Part shown: in pieces, positions 28,481 to 40,824 of the stretch
Position numbering within the stretch: the stretch's first letter is position 1
How the letters are laid out: every line of letters begins with the position of its first letter
Origin: Scenedesmus sp. PABB004
Lineage: Eukaryota
DNA: 64,000 nucleotides
NCBI GenBank assembly: GCA_014905635.1
Contig: JABVCE010000007.1
Span: 1,178,001 to 1,242,000 of the forward strand
Reading direction: 5' to 3'
The notes under the pieces: generated by a model
Databases searched by the model: none
What the model was told of the DNA's origin: nothing
The model's input: the letters and a program-made list of their open reading frames with translations, nothing else
Position numbers and translations under genes: made by a program

Positions 28481-29473
28481 GTGTGCGCCGGCGGTGGGCG
28501 GCGGGCGCGCCTGTGGCGCGCGGGCGCGGTGTCCGGGTCGTGGCGTGCGGCGTGTTGTCATTCACGCGCGACGCGGTCGCCGGCGTCGCGCACGCCCTGA
28601 GGCGCCGCCGCGGCGCGGGCGCGCCGCGGACATCGACGGCTCAGCGGCAGCAGCCCGGCGTGCGCCAGCGGCGTGCGGCGCGCGGCGTGCAGCGTGCGGC
28701 ACGGCGGCGGCGCTGCGAGCCGCCCCGTCCCAGTGCGTGACGCCTACCCGGGCACGAGGCGCGATGCGACGACCCCCGCACCCCCGCCGAGCTCTGGCCG
28801 CTCGCCCGGTGGGTCCGCGCGCTGACCGTCGCGGCGTGCCGGCCCCGAGCAGTCGCAGCGCCGAGCCCCGCCGGGCGCGCCAGGGGCGCTCAGGGCGAGC
28901 CCAGGCCTCGACCTGCGGCCTGGCACGGCGTCCGGCACGCGCCCCGGCCGGCCGGCGCGCGGTTGACCGCCGGCCGACTGCGCCGCGCGGCGGCGGCGCG
29001 CGCGGCTCCGGGCGCGCCGCCCGCGGAGGGCGGGCATGGGTTGGGAGAGACGGCAAGGGTTGAGAAAGCCGCGGCCGCGGCGTGGGGCTTCAAAACACAG
29101 CTCCGCGCGCGCCCTTCGCGCGTGCCAGCGCGCTCGCCAGCGCTCGCGGCGGTGCTCTCGGGACGCACGGTGGCGATCTGCGCGCTTCCGAGAAGGTTGG
29201 TGTATGAGCTTCGCGCGCGGAGAAACCCAGCTCCTGGCGCCGCAAGGCCTGCCCGGCTGCGGCGCCGCTGCTGGCCAGCGCCCCAGCACGCACCCGGCGC
29301 CCACCGACCGCCGCGCGACGCCGCCCGGCCAGGGAGCAGGCCACCCCGCGGACCCGCCTCCGGCGCCTCGCCCGCGCCTCTCGCGCGCCACGGCCAGCGC
29401 CACACGGACCCAGTCGGCGTGCGCGTCTCCACGCAGCAGCGCGCGGCGCAGCAGCCTCAGCGGCGGCTGAGCG
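28481..29473. repeat. About 1 kb direct repeat, copy 1
   Basis: Matches 29712-30714 apart from a 10-bp indel; the ORF track shows identical translations offset by 1241. Confidence 0.95.
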
Positions 29474-29711
29474 CCGGCGCTCAACCGCGCGGCGCCGCGC
29501 TGCACCCGCGCCGCCCGCGCCGCATATGTGGCCGGTGGAGGGGGTGAGCCGTGCGGTCACCGCACAGCGGTGCGGGCGGCCCGGGTGCGGCGCAGCGCGC
29601 CCTCCGCGCGGGCGGCTCCGCGCCCTGCTCCGGCGGCTCGGCGCCCTGTGGTTGGCGCGGCGGGCACGGCCTCAGCGGCGCAGAGCCACCACGGCGGGGG
29701 TGAGCGCGGGC

Positions 29712-30714
29712 GTGTGCGCCGGCGGTGGGCGGCGGGCGCGCCTGTGGCGCGCGGGCGCGGTGTCCGGGTCGTGGCGTGCGGCGTGTTGTCATTCACGCGG
29801 TCACGACCGCGACGCGGTCGCCGGCGTCGCGCACGCCCTGAGGCGCCGCCGCGGCGCGGGCGCGCCGCGGACATCGACGGCTCAGCGGCAGCAGCCCGGC
29901 GTGCGCCAGCGGCGTGCGGCGCGCGGCGTGCAGCGTGCGGCACGGCGGCGGCGCTGCGAGCCGCCCCGTCCCAGTGCGTGACGCCTACCCGGGCACGAGG
30001 CGCGATGCGACGACCCCCGCACCCCCGCCGAGCTCTGGCCGCTCGCCCGGTGGGTCCGCGCGCTGACCGTCGCGGCGTGCCGGCCCCGAGCAGTCGCAGC
30101 GCCGAGCCCCGCCGGGCGCGCCAGGGGCGCTCAGGGCGAGCCCAGGCCTCGACCTGCGGCCTGGCACGGCGTCCGGCACGCGCCCCGGCCGGCCGGCGCG
30201 CGGTTGACCGCCGGCCGACTGCGCCGCGCGGCGGCGGCGCGCGCGGCTCCGGGCGCGCCGCCCGCGGAGGGCGGGCATGGGTTGGGAGAGACGGCAAGGG
30301 TTGAGAAAGCCGCGGCCGCGGCGTGGGGCTTCAAAACACAGCTCCGCGCGCGCCCTTCGCGCGTGCCAGCGCGCTCGCCAGCGCTCGCGGCGGTGCTCTC
30401 GGGACGCACGGTGGCGATCTGCGCGCTTCCGAGAAGGTTGGTGTATGAGCTTCGCGCGCGGAGAAACCCAGCTCCTGGCGCCGCAAGGCCTGCCCGGCTG
30501 CGGCGCCGCTGCTGGCCAGCGCCCCAGCACGCACCCGGCGCCCACCGACCGCCGCGCGACGCCGCCCGGCCAGGGAGCAGGCCACCCCGCGGACCCGCCT
30601 CCGGCGCCTCGCCCGCGCCTCTCGCGCGCCACGGCCAGCGCCACACGGACCCAGTCGGCGTGCGCGTCTCCACGCAGCAGCGCGCGGCGCAGCAGCCTCA
30701 GCGGCGGCTGAGCG
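29712..30714. repeat. About 1 kb direct repeat, copy 2
   Basis: Matches copy 1, with an extra GTCACGACCG near 29800. Confidence 0.95.
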
Positions 30715-30961
30715 GCGCGTGCGGCCGAAGCCCTCGGTCAGGTGGGCGCGGCGGCCGCCAGCGCGCGCGCCGGCGCCTCGACGGGCCGGGGGTGGTTGGG
30801 GCTGCACGCACGCGCGTGGCGGGCGCGGCGCATGGCCGCGGGGGCAGCGTGGCCCTTGGATTTGAGGGAAGGCCCGTGTCCTCCCCGCGCCCGCGCGCCG
30901 CCGGCTCGCCCCACGCGCCCGCCCTCACGCGCGCCCGCCCCGTCCGCGGCGCCGCAGAGCC

Positions 30962-31257
30962 ATGAAATGCGCGGCGGGGCAGCGCTGCGCCGCGCCGGCG
31001 GCGTGCAGCAGTAGCAGCAGCAGGGCGGCGGCGTGCCGGCCCGGCGCACCGCTCGGCCTGCCGGCGCTGGCGCGCCCCTGCTGCCGGCCGGCCGGCCTCG
31101 CCCCGCGCCCGGCGCTGCGCGGCGCGCGCCCCTGCAGCGGCAGCGGCGCGGCGCCGTGCGGCGGCGGCCTCGCATGCAGCGCGGCCGCGGGCGACCAGCA
31201 GTTTGCGGCCGCCGTGCCGACCGCCGCGGCCGCCGCCGGCGCGGGCGCGGCGCAGCT

Positions 31258-31288
<31 letters not shown>

Positions 31289-31816
31289 TCGCAGCAGCGC
31301 GCCGGCGCCGGCGCCGCGCCGTTTGCGGCGCTCTCGCGCGTGCTGCTCAATGCCAACGGCGGCGTCTTCCGCAACGCGCTCAGCGGCAAGCGCCAGCCCG
31401 TGAGCGGGCCCATGGGCCTGCTGCTCTTCCTGCTCACGCTGCTGGCGGCGAGCTTTGCGGCGATCCGCGGCGCGCTGCTCAAGCGCACCAAAAAGTGCCG
31501 CTCGTGCCGCGGCTTTGGCCTGCAGCGCTGCCGGCTCTGCCTCGGCTCCGGCCGCGTCGACTGGGCGGCCAAGCTGAAGCACTTTGACGTCTGCCCGCTC
31601 TGCATGAACCGGCGGTTCATCGTCTGCGCCGAGTGCGGCGGGCACTACCACCGCCCGATGTTCAGCCACCGCCGCCGCACGGCGGGCGGCGCGCTCGAGC
31701 CGAGCGCGCAGCAGCCGAGCGCGGCGCCGCCGAGCGTCGAGGGGCCCATCGTGCTCACCGCCGCCATGGCGGGCGCGGGCGCCCCGGGGCAGATCCTGAG
31801 CGCCCTCTCTGACTGA
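30962..31816 (+). CDS. DnaJ-type Cys-rich zinc-finger protein with transit peptide and a TM helix, no J-domain
   Basis: TM segment MGLLLFLLTLLAASFAAI, then CRSCRGFG, CRLCLGSG, CPLC and CAECGG. Confidence 0.8.
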
Positions 31817-32846
31817 GGCGTCGACCACCGCGCGGGGGGCATGTGTGTGTGTGTGTGTGTGTGTGTGGCTGCGCACGAGGGACCCGCGCACGTGCACGCG
31901 AGGGGGGCGGCGCGCTGCAGCAGCAGCGCCTGGGCGAGGAGGGGCGTGCTGGCTGGGGCGGCGGGCGGCTGCAGGCGCAGGCCCACGTGCGCGCTGTCGC
32001 GCGCGCCAGGCCCGCCACCAGAGCTTGTGAGCTTGCGTCAGACGTTGTTGCGCCAGCCGCTTGTGACGGCCTCGCGTCCCGAGGCGCGTGCGCTCCGAGA
32101 ATCAACGGGCCGCGGCTGCCTGTCTGGCGTCTGCTGCCGCTGGCTGGGCGGGGTGTCATCATTTTGGGCACGTGCGGTTGGTCGCATTTGCTTTGCTTTG
32201 CTTGCTCTCTCTCTCTCTCTGAGGAAGAGGAACCCAACCGCCCCGACCGCCTCGTTCTCCCGGCCGCCCTCGATCGCGCACGCATGCAGTCAAAGCGATC
32301 AGCGCGCGCAGGCCAGAGTGCAGCCGCCGCGCAAGTGTGGGCGGTTCCACACGCAGGGTCCGCGCGCGCGCGCCGCGCGCGCTGGCGACGTTCACAGACC
32401 AACCAAGTTCGGGGCCGCAGGCAGCGGCAAAAAACAGAGGCGGCGCCATCCGCCGCCAGCCAGCGCGCGGGTGGGCCCGGGCGCGGCGGCGACGGCGGGA
32501 GAAGGTGGTGCGATGCAAAGGGGGCGCGAGGCGGGTGGTGATCAAGGCGTGCGCACGCAGTCCAGCGGAGCAGAGGTCAGTCGGGAGTGCTGCCACGGGC
32601 ACCCTGGGGCAGTGAAGAAGGCACTCGCGTTCGTGAGAATGGTGGTGGTGAGGCCGTGGGCGTTGGCCCAACACAAGACAAGGCAGTGATGCGAGGGGAC
32701 CGCCCCGGCGGTCGTCAGCTGCTGCGCTTATATGGCAAAGAAGAGCGCTCGCGTCACACCGCGCCGCTCCCTCGCTATCTGCTGCCGCGGCGCAGCCCGC
32801 GCGCGCGGCGGGCCGCGCCGCGCCGCCCCCGCGCGCCGGCGCCGCA

Positions 32847-33640
32847 TCACTCGCAGCCGCCCGCCGCCGCGACCAGCACGTCCTGCCAGAGCTGCTCCAC
32901 GCGCGCGTGCTGCGCCTGCGCGGCCGCGAGCGCGCGCTTGATGGGGGCCGCCGCCGCCGCGGGCACGGCGGCTGCCTGGCCGAAGCCGCGGCAGATGGCA
33001 AAGAGCGCCGAGGTCGCCGCGACGAGCTCGCTGTGGTAGCACGCGCGCAGCTGCTGCAGCGCGGCGCCGATGGGATCGGCGCCGCCGGCGCGCGGCGCGC
33101 CGGCGCGCGCGCCGGCCGCCGCGTCTGCGACGGCCGCGGCCGCGGCGCGGAATGCGCGCCCGACCGCGGCGTGCTTGGCGTTGCAGTTGCTGAGCACCTG
33201 GTGCTGCAGCTGCGCGCGCGCCGTGGGGTCGAGCAGCAGCGCGCCGCCGGGCGCCCCGGCGCCGCCGTCGGCGCGCGTCGTGCGGCCCGCGACCTGGCAG
33301 GCGCGGAGCATGAGGTGCATCTCCTGCCGGTACTCCGCGTGCAGCCCCGGCAGCAGGCGGAGCTGCAGCGCCCGCACGCCCGGCTCGCCGGCGTCGCCGC
33401 CGGCGAGCGGCGCGTCGGCCGCGGCGGCGCCGCCGGCCGCGCCACGCCCGCCGCCGGCGGCACCAGCTGCTGCACGTCAAAGGGCGAGCGCCACGCCGGC
33501 GAGTGCCCGGCAGTGAGGAGCTGGCCCAGCGGTGCGTGCTCGCCGCCGCCGCCGGGGTGGCGCGGCCGCTTGGTGCCCCAGGCGACGTCCGCCGCGCTGG
33601 GCGCGGCCAGCTCGCCCGGGGCGGACGGTGGACGTTTCAT
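32847..33640 (-). CDS. Small helical protein with NLS-like motif and two PBC-like repeats; exons 33640-33544 and 33469-32847
   Basis: ATG at 33640. A 74-nt GC-AG intron (GCGAG..TGACGTGCAG) joins the two ORFs in phase 1. Confidence 0.6.
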
Positions 33641-35459
33641 CCGTCGACCCGAGCGCTGCAACTGGTTGATGTCACGTCCGGCAGCTCCAGGCGGGCGGGC
33701 AGGAGCTCAGGCGGCTCGGCCGCGGGAGGGCCCGGTCACGATGCCCGGGCACGATGCAGGCCGCGCCGCGCGGCGCTCGGCCACGGTGCGCCTGCGCCGG
33801 GCACGTCGTCACGTGTGAGTTGGGGCCGGCCGCTTGTGCGGCCGGCGACGGCCCGCGCGGCGCACTCGGCTCGCGGCACGCACCTCGCGGTCCTGGCCCT
33901 GTGTCGGTGGCGCCGGCGCGCCGTCGGTGCTCGGTCTGCGTGCCTGAGAGCTCTGGAACCGGGTCGCGGAGGTCGTTCAGCTGTGCCGCCGCTCGTCAGG
34001 CAGCGTGCTGGCGACGCGCCGGGCAGGCTCGCGACCTGTCAGCTGCGTGTCTCCCGGTGACGCGCATCCCAGCGCGCTGCCCCGCGCGCCGGCCGCTCCG
34101 TCCAGCGCCGCACGCGAGCCAGCCGCGCACGGCTGCGAGCTTGGGCCGCCCAGGCGCGCCGGGCGCGAGCGCGGACGGGTGCGCGCGCCGCCGCCCCGCG
34201 GGCGACCGGCCGGCGGCGGCGGGGACGGCGCTGCGCAGGCGAGCACGCCGGCGCGCGGCTACAGCGCTCAGTCGCGAGCACGAGCACGCGCGCCGCTGCG
34301 GTCGGTCGGTCGGCCGGCGGGACCTCGCGTGCTCAGCGAGCGCGGCGCGTCCCAAGGCGGTGCGCGGCCGCGCGCAGTGTCGGGGAGGCGGTGCCATCCG
34401 TCAAGTCACAGTGGGGGGGCAGTCGAGGGGTTTGTGGTGTCATGCGGGTTCATGGGCCGTCGCGTTGGCAGGCGGCCTGCCCGCCGTGGCGAGAAGAATC
34501 GGAGCACGCACGCGCCTTCAATTGGTCAGGCGCGCGGGCCTCGCAGCGTCAGCGTGACCAGCATCACCATCAAATGCTGCGCCCGCCCAGTCAGCACACA
34601 CGCCCCCAAGCCCCTGCACATTCAAGCTCAATCCATGCGCGCGCGCGCGCGCGCCCGAGTGCGTGCGTGTCCCCACGCAATGACTGTTTTGAAGACCACG
34701 ACCCAGAGACCTGCGTGCCCCGGTGTGCGCCGCAATGTGCCGACCCTGCGTGCCTCCAGCTGCTGCTACAGCCCCAACCCTGGTGGTGCGCCGCCGCGGG
34801 CGCCGCGGCGGCGCGTGCCGCAGCGCCCGCGCCGCCCCCCTCCTTCCTTCCCCTGCACCGCGCCTGGCATTCGCCGCCAGAGCCAACTGCAGGCGGGCGC
34901 TGTGGGCAAGGAAGGCTGTTGTGTACAAGCGCCGAAAGCCCGTGCGTGGGCCGTGCGGCCGCAGCCACGGGCGCGCGCACGCGCGGGGCAGGGCGCCGCG
35001 CCGCGGCGGGGTGGTCGCCGCGCCTGCCCGCACGCGCGCGCGCCCCCGCGTGGCCAGCGCCGGTTCCGAGATGGAGAGTGCTTCGATGCGTGCGCGCGCG
35101 TGCCGTGCCTGCCCGACTCGCGCTGGTGTTGCGCTTGGTGACAAAGTGATTGGTGAGGGCTCGGCAGGCGAGCCTGCTGCTGTCCAGCCTGCGTGCACGC
35201 TTGACGGACACAGCGCCGCGCGCGGGGACACAGCGCCGCGCGCGGGGGCCGCCGCACGCACGGGCGCCTGCCTGCAGCCCGCCGGCCTGTGGCCTCGACG
35301 GCGCCGCGGCCTGGCGGCCGCGCGCGACCGCCCCAAGCATCCCGGCGACGACAGAGTGGTGCGCCTGCCTGGCCCTGATCTGTTCTGACCGCCGCCCCCC
35401 CCCCTCCCCACACACCCACACACATCGTGCGCCGTGCGCCGTGCGAGGGCAGCCGCGGC

Positions 35460-38400
35460 TCAGCCGTGCAGCACGCTGAGCTGCGCCGGGCTCTCCGCGT
35501 AAGATTCGTGGTGGCGGGTGAACTCAAAGCTCAGCCCCCGCGAGCCGCACGGCGGCGGCGAGCCGGCCACGCCGCGCTGGCCGGCGCCGCCGTGCTGGCT
35601 GTCGCTGCTGCCGTGCAGGCTGCCGCCGTGCAGGCTGCTGTCGCCGTGCAGGCTGTCGCCGCGCAGGCTGCCCTCGGCGCCCGCCTCGTCCAGCAGAAAC
35701 GCGGCAAGGCTCTGGTCGTCGTCAAACGACCGCACCAGGCCTGCGGCCGACACGGCGACGCCGTGCTGCGACGCATCCTGCACGCCCGCGCCGCCGCCGT
35801 CGGCGCTGCCCGCCGCGTGCTGCGCGCGCACGCGCTCCAGCTGCTCGCTCAGCGTCGCCAGGAAGCCGCTGCCGGCCGCCGCCGAGGCGCGCGCGCCGGC
35901 GCCGGCCATGAAGCCGCCGGGCAGCAGCTGCGGGCTGCTGCCCGGCGTCGGCGCGGGCGACTCCTGCAGCGGCGGCAGCGGCGCCGACTTCTGGCGCTTG
36001 GCCATGAAGGCAGGCAGGCCCCCCGCGTCGGGCGCCGCCGGCGCGTCGCTGGCGGCGCTGCCGCAGCTGCCGGCGAGGTCGCCGGCCGTGCTGCTGCTGC
36101 CCGCGCTGCTGGGCGGCGGCTCGGCGCCGGCGCTGCTCGCCGCGCTGGCCGCCGCCGCAAAGGCAGAGGGGAAGGCCACCTTGGCAAACTGGATCGCGCT
36201 GCTGCGCCGCGCCGCGGCGCCGCCCCAGGCGCGGCTGCTGGTCCAGGCGTCCACCGCCGTGCCGCCTCCGCGGCGCGGCGCGCCGCCGCTGCTGCCGGCC
36301 GAGTGCGCGTGCTCGCGCGCGCCGCCGCCGCCGTTCACGCCGTGCGGGCCGCACGCCTGGCGCTCGCCATGCTGCAGCTGCGCGCACGCCGCCCCGCGGC
36401 CCGGCTGCGTCGGCGGCTGCGCCGGGCCGCCGCCGGCCTCGTCCGCCAGCCAGGCGTCGCCCGCGCCGCCCGGCGAGCAGGCTGGCTCGCCCGTGGGCGC
36501 GGACGCGGCGAGGCGCACGCGCGTGAACGAGCCGGACGCCATGCGCAACACCTGGATGCCGCCCGGCGCGCCGCCGCCGCACGGCTGCGGCCGGGGCAGC
36601 GGCGAGCCGGCCGACGCCAGCCCCGGCTGCTGCCGCCCCGCCGGCGAGGGGCTGCCAAGGCCGTCCGCACTGAAACTGCCCCCCTGGTCCGGGCTAAAGC
36701 GCCCGCTGCCGCTGCGGCGTGCCGCGGGCGGCGGGCCGCTGGGGCTGGTGCAGCAGGAGGGGCCGTCCCCGTCTTCGCCCGCCGACGACGTGAACGACAG
36801 GCTGGGCAGCAGCATGCTTCCGGTCAGGCTCTGCGCAGCGGCGGGGGGCGCGCGCGGGGTGAGCGGCGGGCGGGGGCGGCGGGCTCGCGACGCGCCGCGC
36901 GCGTGGCTGCCCCGGCCGGCGCGCACGCACCAGGCTGCTGCTGCGCTTGCCGCCGTGCATCTGCCCCTCCAGCGCCTCCTCGCCCAGCTCGCCGCCGTGC
37001 ACGGCGCCGTCAGAGTCCTGCGACAGCAGGCCGCCCGAGCCCTGGCGCGCCGCGCCCGCGATCGCCACTGGGTGGCTCCCGTCGGCGTCGGCGTCGGCGC
37101 CGCGCCGCTGCGGCCGCGCCGCGCCGCCGCCCTGTGCGGAGGCGCTGAAGCTGCTGTCGAGGCTCGAGCCGCGGCTGCCGGCGCCGCTGCTGCTGGCGCC
37201 GCTCAAGCGCTTCGCCAGCAGGTCGCCCGCGCTCTGGCTCACGCGCGCCCCGCCGCGGTGCAGCTTCAGCTGCCGCATGGCGCGGCGCACGGCGCTGGGC
37301 ACCGCGATGCCGCGCGGCGGGCTGGGCGGCGCGCCGGCGGCGGCGCCGCCGGGCTCGGCCGCGGGCGCGCCGCCGGCTGGCGGCGCGCTGGCGCCATCCC
37401 AGCTCGCGCGCGGCGCGGCGGCGGGGCCGCACAGCGCGGCGCGCACCGCCGACACGGCGGCGGCGTCGAACGCAGCGTCCGCCGCCGCGCGCTCGGCCGC
37501 CAGGGAGGGCAGGTCGGGGCTGGACACCGCGGCGCGCGCCAGCCGCGCCGCCTTGTGCCGGCCGCCACGCACCGCCGCCTCGAGCTCCGGCGCGCCGTCT
37601 GCCCAGGCCACGCGGCCGCCGGCGCCGCGCGCGTCGGCCGGGAGCGCATCGTCGCTGGAGTGGCGCGGCCCGAGGCGGCGGTCGCACGCCACGCCCTGCC
37701 GCACCTTGCCCTCGCAGCCAGGCTCGCCGCCCAGCGCCGCGAGCGCGGCGGCCACGGCCTGGTCGTGGCTCGCCGCCGCGGTCTCGCGCTCCTGCGACAC
37801 GCGTGCGCTGCTGCGCTGGTCGCGCGAGACGCCGCCGCGGACCTTGCCCTCGCGCTGCTGCGCGACGGCCAGCCCGGGCACGTCGGCGGGGCAGCTCAGC
37901 GGCATCGCCACGCCGCCCGCGCCCGCCGCGAGCAGCAGCAGGGCGCCTGCGCTGGGGATCGCGCTCGTCGACGACGCGCCGCGCCAGCCCCGCTCGAGCA
38001 CTGCGGCGCCAGGCGCGGCCGCGGCCGCGGCCGCGGGCGCAGGCGCGGCGCCGCCGTCGGCGCCGGCGCCGGCGCCCGGCGCCGGGGCGTCGCCGGTCGC
38101 TGCCGAAGCGGGGCGGTACGCCGCGGCCGCGCCGAGGCGGCGCGCGGTGCCGTCGCCGGCCGCCACAAAGTGGCCGCCCGCGCCCGCGAGGCCGGGCAGG
38201 CCGGCGCTGCCCAGGCTCGTCGCCGCGTGCAGCGCCGACAGCGCCTGGTAGGAGCGCGCCTTCTTCACGCGGCCGTCGCTCGCGTACTGCTGCTGCTCGG
38301 GGTCGGCCTCCGGCGCGGCGCCGCGCCGCAGCGGCGGTGCGGCGGCGCCCCACAGCCCGCCGCTGCCCGCCGCCAGGTCGCGGCCCCAGCTGCCGCGCCG

Positions 38401-40824
38401 GCCCTCGGCGGCGGCGACCGCGTCGTGCAGCGCGCCCTGGCCGCCGCTGCTGCCGCTGCCGCTCAGCCGGCCGTGGCCCGCCGCGAGCGCGCCGATGCTG
38501 ACGCTCGCGCTGCGCCGCGGCGGCGCGTGGAGCTCGGCGCCAAACGGGAAGCGCGCCGACGCGCTGCGCGACGGCGCGCCGCCGCTCGGCGACAGCGCCT
38601 CGGCCGAGGGCCAGCTGGCCATGCTGCCCGAGGGCCGCAGGATGCGCGCGACCGTGGTGTCGGGGCGCAGCGTCGTGGCGCTGCCGAACAGCAGGCTCTC
38701 CAGCTCGCACGGCCCCGCCAGGCGCACCTTGTGCACGATGACCGACTGCGGCTCGGCGGGGCTGTCCGGCTGCGCGAGCCCGCCGCCCGGCGCGCCGCAC
38801 TCGCCGCCGCCGAGGCAGCCGCAGCTGCCGTGCGAGTGCGAGAGGTCGAGCTCGCAGCTGTGGCGCGAGCTGAGCGCGAATGCGCAGGAGCGCGCGCCGC
38901 AGCCGCCGGCGCCGCCGCCGCCGCACGGCAGCGGGCGCGCGCCGGCGGGGCGCAGCACGCCCGCCGCCTCGGCCGCCTCCTCAAACGAGAGCCCGCTGCT
39001 TGACGCCAGGCTGCTGGCCCGGGCCGACAGGCTGCTGCCCCTGGCCGAGCCGAAGCCCTTGCTGTCGGAGCGCGCCACGCTCACGCGCGGCGGCGCGACC
39101 GGCGCCGACACGGCCGGCGCGCGCACGCTCTCGTAGCAGGGCCAGAAGGTGGAGGGCCAGCAGCTGCCCGCGACGCTGAGCACGGGCAGCAGGCAGCTCA
39201 GCGCGGGCGCGGGCGGGCCCGCGAGCGCGCGGTCGCAGCAGAAGCAGCTCGCCGCCCAGAGCGCCTGCAGCGCCTGCGCCTCGGTGGCGGAGCGGCACGC
39301 CCTGGCGGTGGCGGCGGCGGTCGGCAGAGGCGGCGGCGTCGGGCGGCCGCGCCAGCCGGCACCGGGGCGCGCGCGCTGCGCCCTGCCCGCCCCTCTGCTG
39401 CTGCCAGCGCGCCGGCGCCCCGCGCGGTCCGCGCCGCGCACCTGGTGACGCTGGAGAGCTCGGCGTTGAGCTTGACTCGGTCCACGTCCACGCCGCGCAG
39501 CGGCGGGCTGGCTTCGAGCAGCAGCACGACCGCGGCCACGCTCGGCACCGCGCCCGCCGCGGCGGGGCTGCTGGGCCCCGGGCAGAGCCCAAAGAGCCGG
39601 TCCATGAGCCGCAGCTTGAGCCGCTCCTGCGCCTCCAGCGTCAGCAGGTCGCCCACGCCCACGCCCTCGCCGCCGGCGGCGGCGGCGCCGGCAACGGCGC
39701 CGGCCGCCGCGGCCTCGGCGGGCGCGGGGCCCGCGCCCGCGCCCGCGCCCGGAGGCGGCGCTGCCAGCGCGCCGCTCGCGAGCGCGGCGGCGACGTAGTC
39801 CACGACCTCGGCCGGCGACATGGCCTCCCACAGCGCGGGCGAGCCGAGGACGACAAAGCTCTCGCTGCCGTTGAGCCGCCAGCTCGTGACGACGGGCGCC
39901 GGCACGACGCCCGCGCGCGCCGCGCCGGCAAAGCCGAGCAGCCGCGTCGCCGAGACTCCGGCCAGCAGCGCGCCGTCCGGGCCCAGCAGCACCGCCTCCT
40001 GCTGCTCGCCGGGCGGCGCGGCGGCGGCGCCGGCGCCGCCGGGCGCGCCGCTCGGGTGCGCGGGCTGGGCGTACGCGACGACGCTGCCCGCCGCGTCGAG
40101 GCGCGCGGTCTCGGTGGGGTCGTGGCCGAGCGCGAGGCGCGGCGTGAGCTCCATAACGGTGAGGTCCCCCGCGGGCGAGCTGCGCGCGAGCACCGCCTTG
40201 CTCAGCCCCGCGGACGCGACGAGCAGGCGGCCGCCGGCCTGGTCGAGCGCGACGGCGAGCGCCGACGCGCCCGACGTGACCGCGTCGAGCGCCGGCGCCG
40301 GCTCCTGCCCCGGCGGCGCGCGCGCGCGCGCGAGCAGCTGCTCCTGGCACTGCTGGAACGCCGCCTCGACGGCGGCGGGCACCTGCGCACGCGGGGCGGC
40401 GGCGGCGGCGGCGGCGGCGCGCGTGGGCGCACGGCGCCGCGGCCGGCGGGCCGGCGCGGCCGCGGCCCTCCGCGCGTGCTCACCAGGTCGCCGCCGCCGC
40501 CGTCGAGCCACCGTCCCGCGAGCGCGTCCGTGAGCAGCTGCCGCGCCGCGAGCGCGACGCGCGCGCCGTCCGGGCCGGCGCCGCTGAACAGCGCGGCGAG
40601 CTGCCGGCCGGCGGCGCCTGCAGGCAGCGGGCAGGGAGGGGACGGGGGCGCGGGACGGGGCGTGAGGGCGGAGCGGCCGCCGCCGCTGCGCGCCGGCGGC
40701 GCCCGGCGTGCGCACCCGCTCGGCAGACGGCATCCTCGCTGCAGGGCTGCAGCAGCGCCGCGCGATCTGGCTGCGCCGCGGCAGGCCAGGCGTAGCTGGG
40801 GCGAATGCAGACGCGCTCCTCCAT
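35460..40824 (-). CDS. PP2C-fold pseudophosphatase with a very long low-complexity C-terminal region
   Basis: PP2C motif order is preserved but degenerate: CSEDA, ALFSGAG, SGASA, LLVASAGLSKAVL, ETARL, SATRLLG, VVPAPVV, FVVLGSPALWEAMS. Confidence 0.75.

Noticed and set aside
32038..32162. Possible C/D snoRNA on the - strand (ATGATGA ... CTGA)
   Set aside because: No terminal stem and no recognisable rRNA antisense element.
35518..39003. Very long Arg/Ala/Pro-rich ORFs in the track (for example 1161 aa on + here, and 48350-52189 on -)
   Set aside because: They are antisense or off-frame shadows of real genes; stop codons are rare at this GC content.
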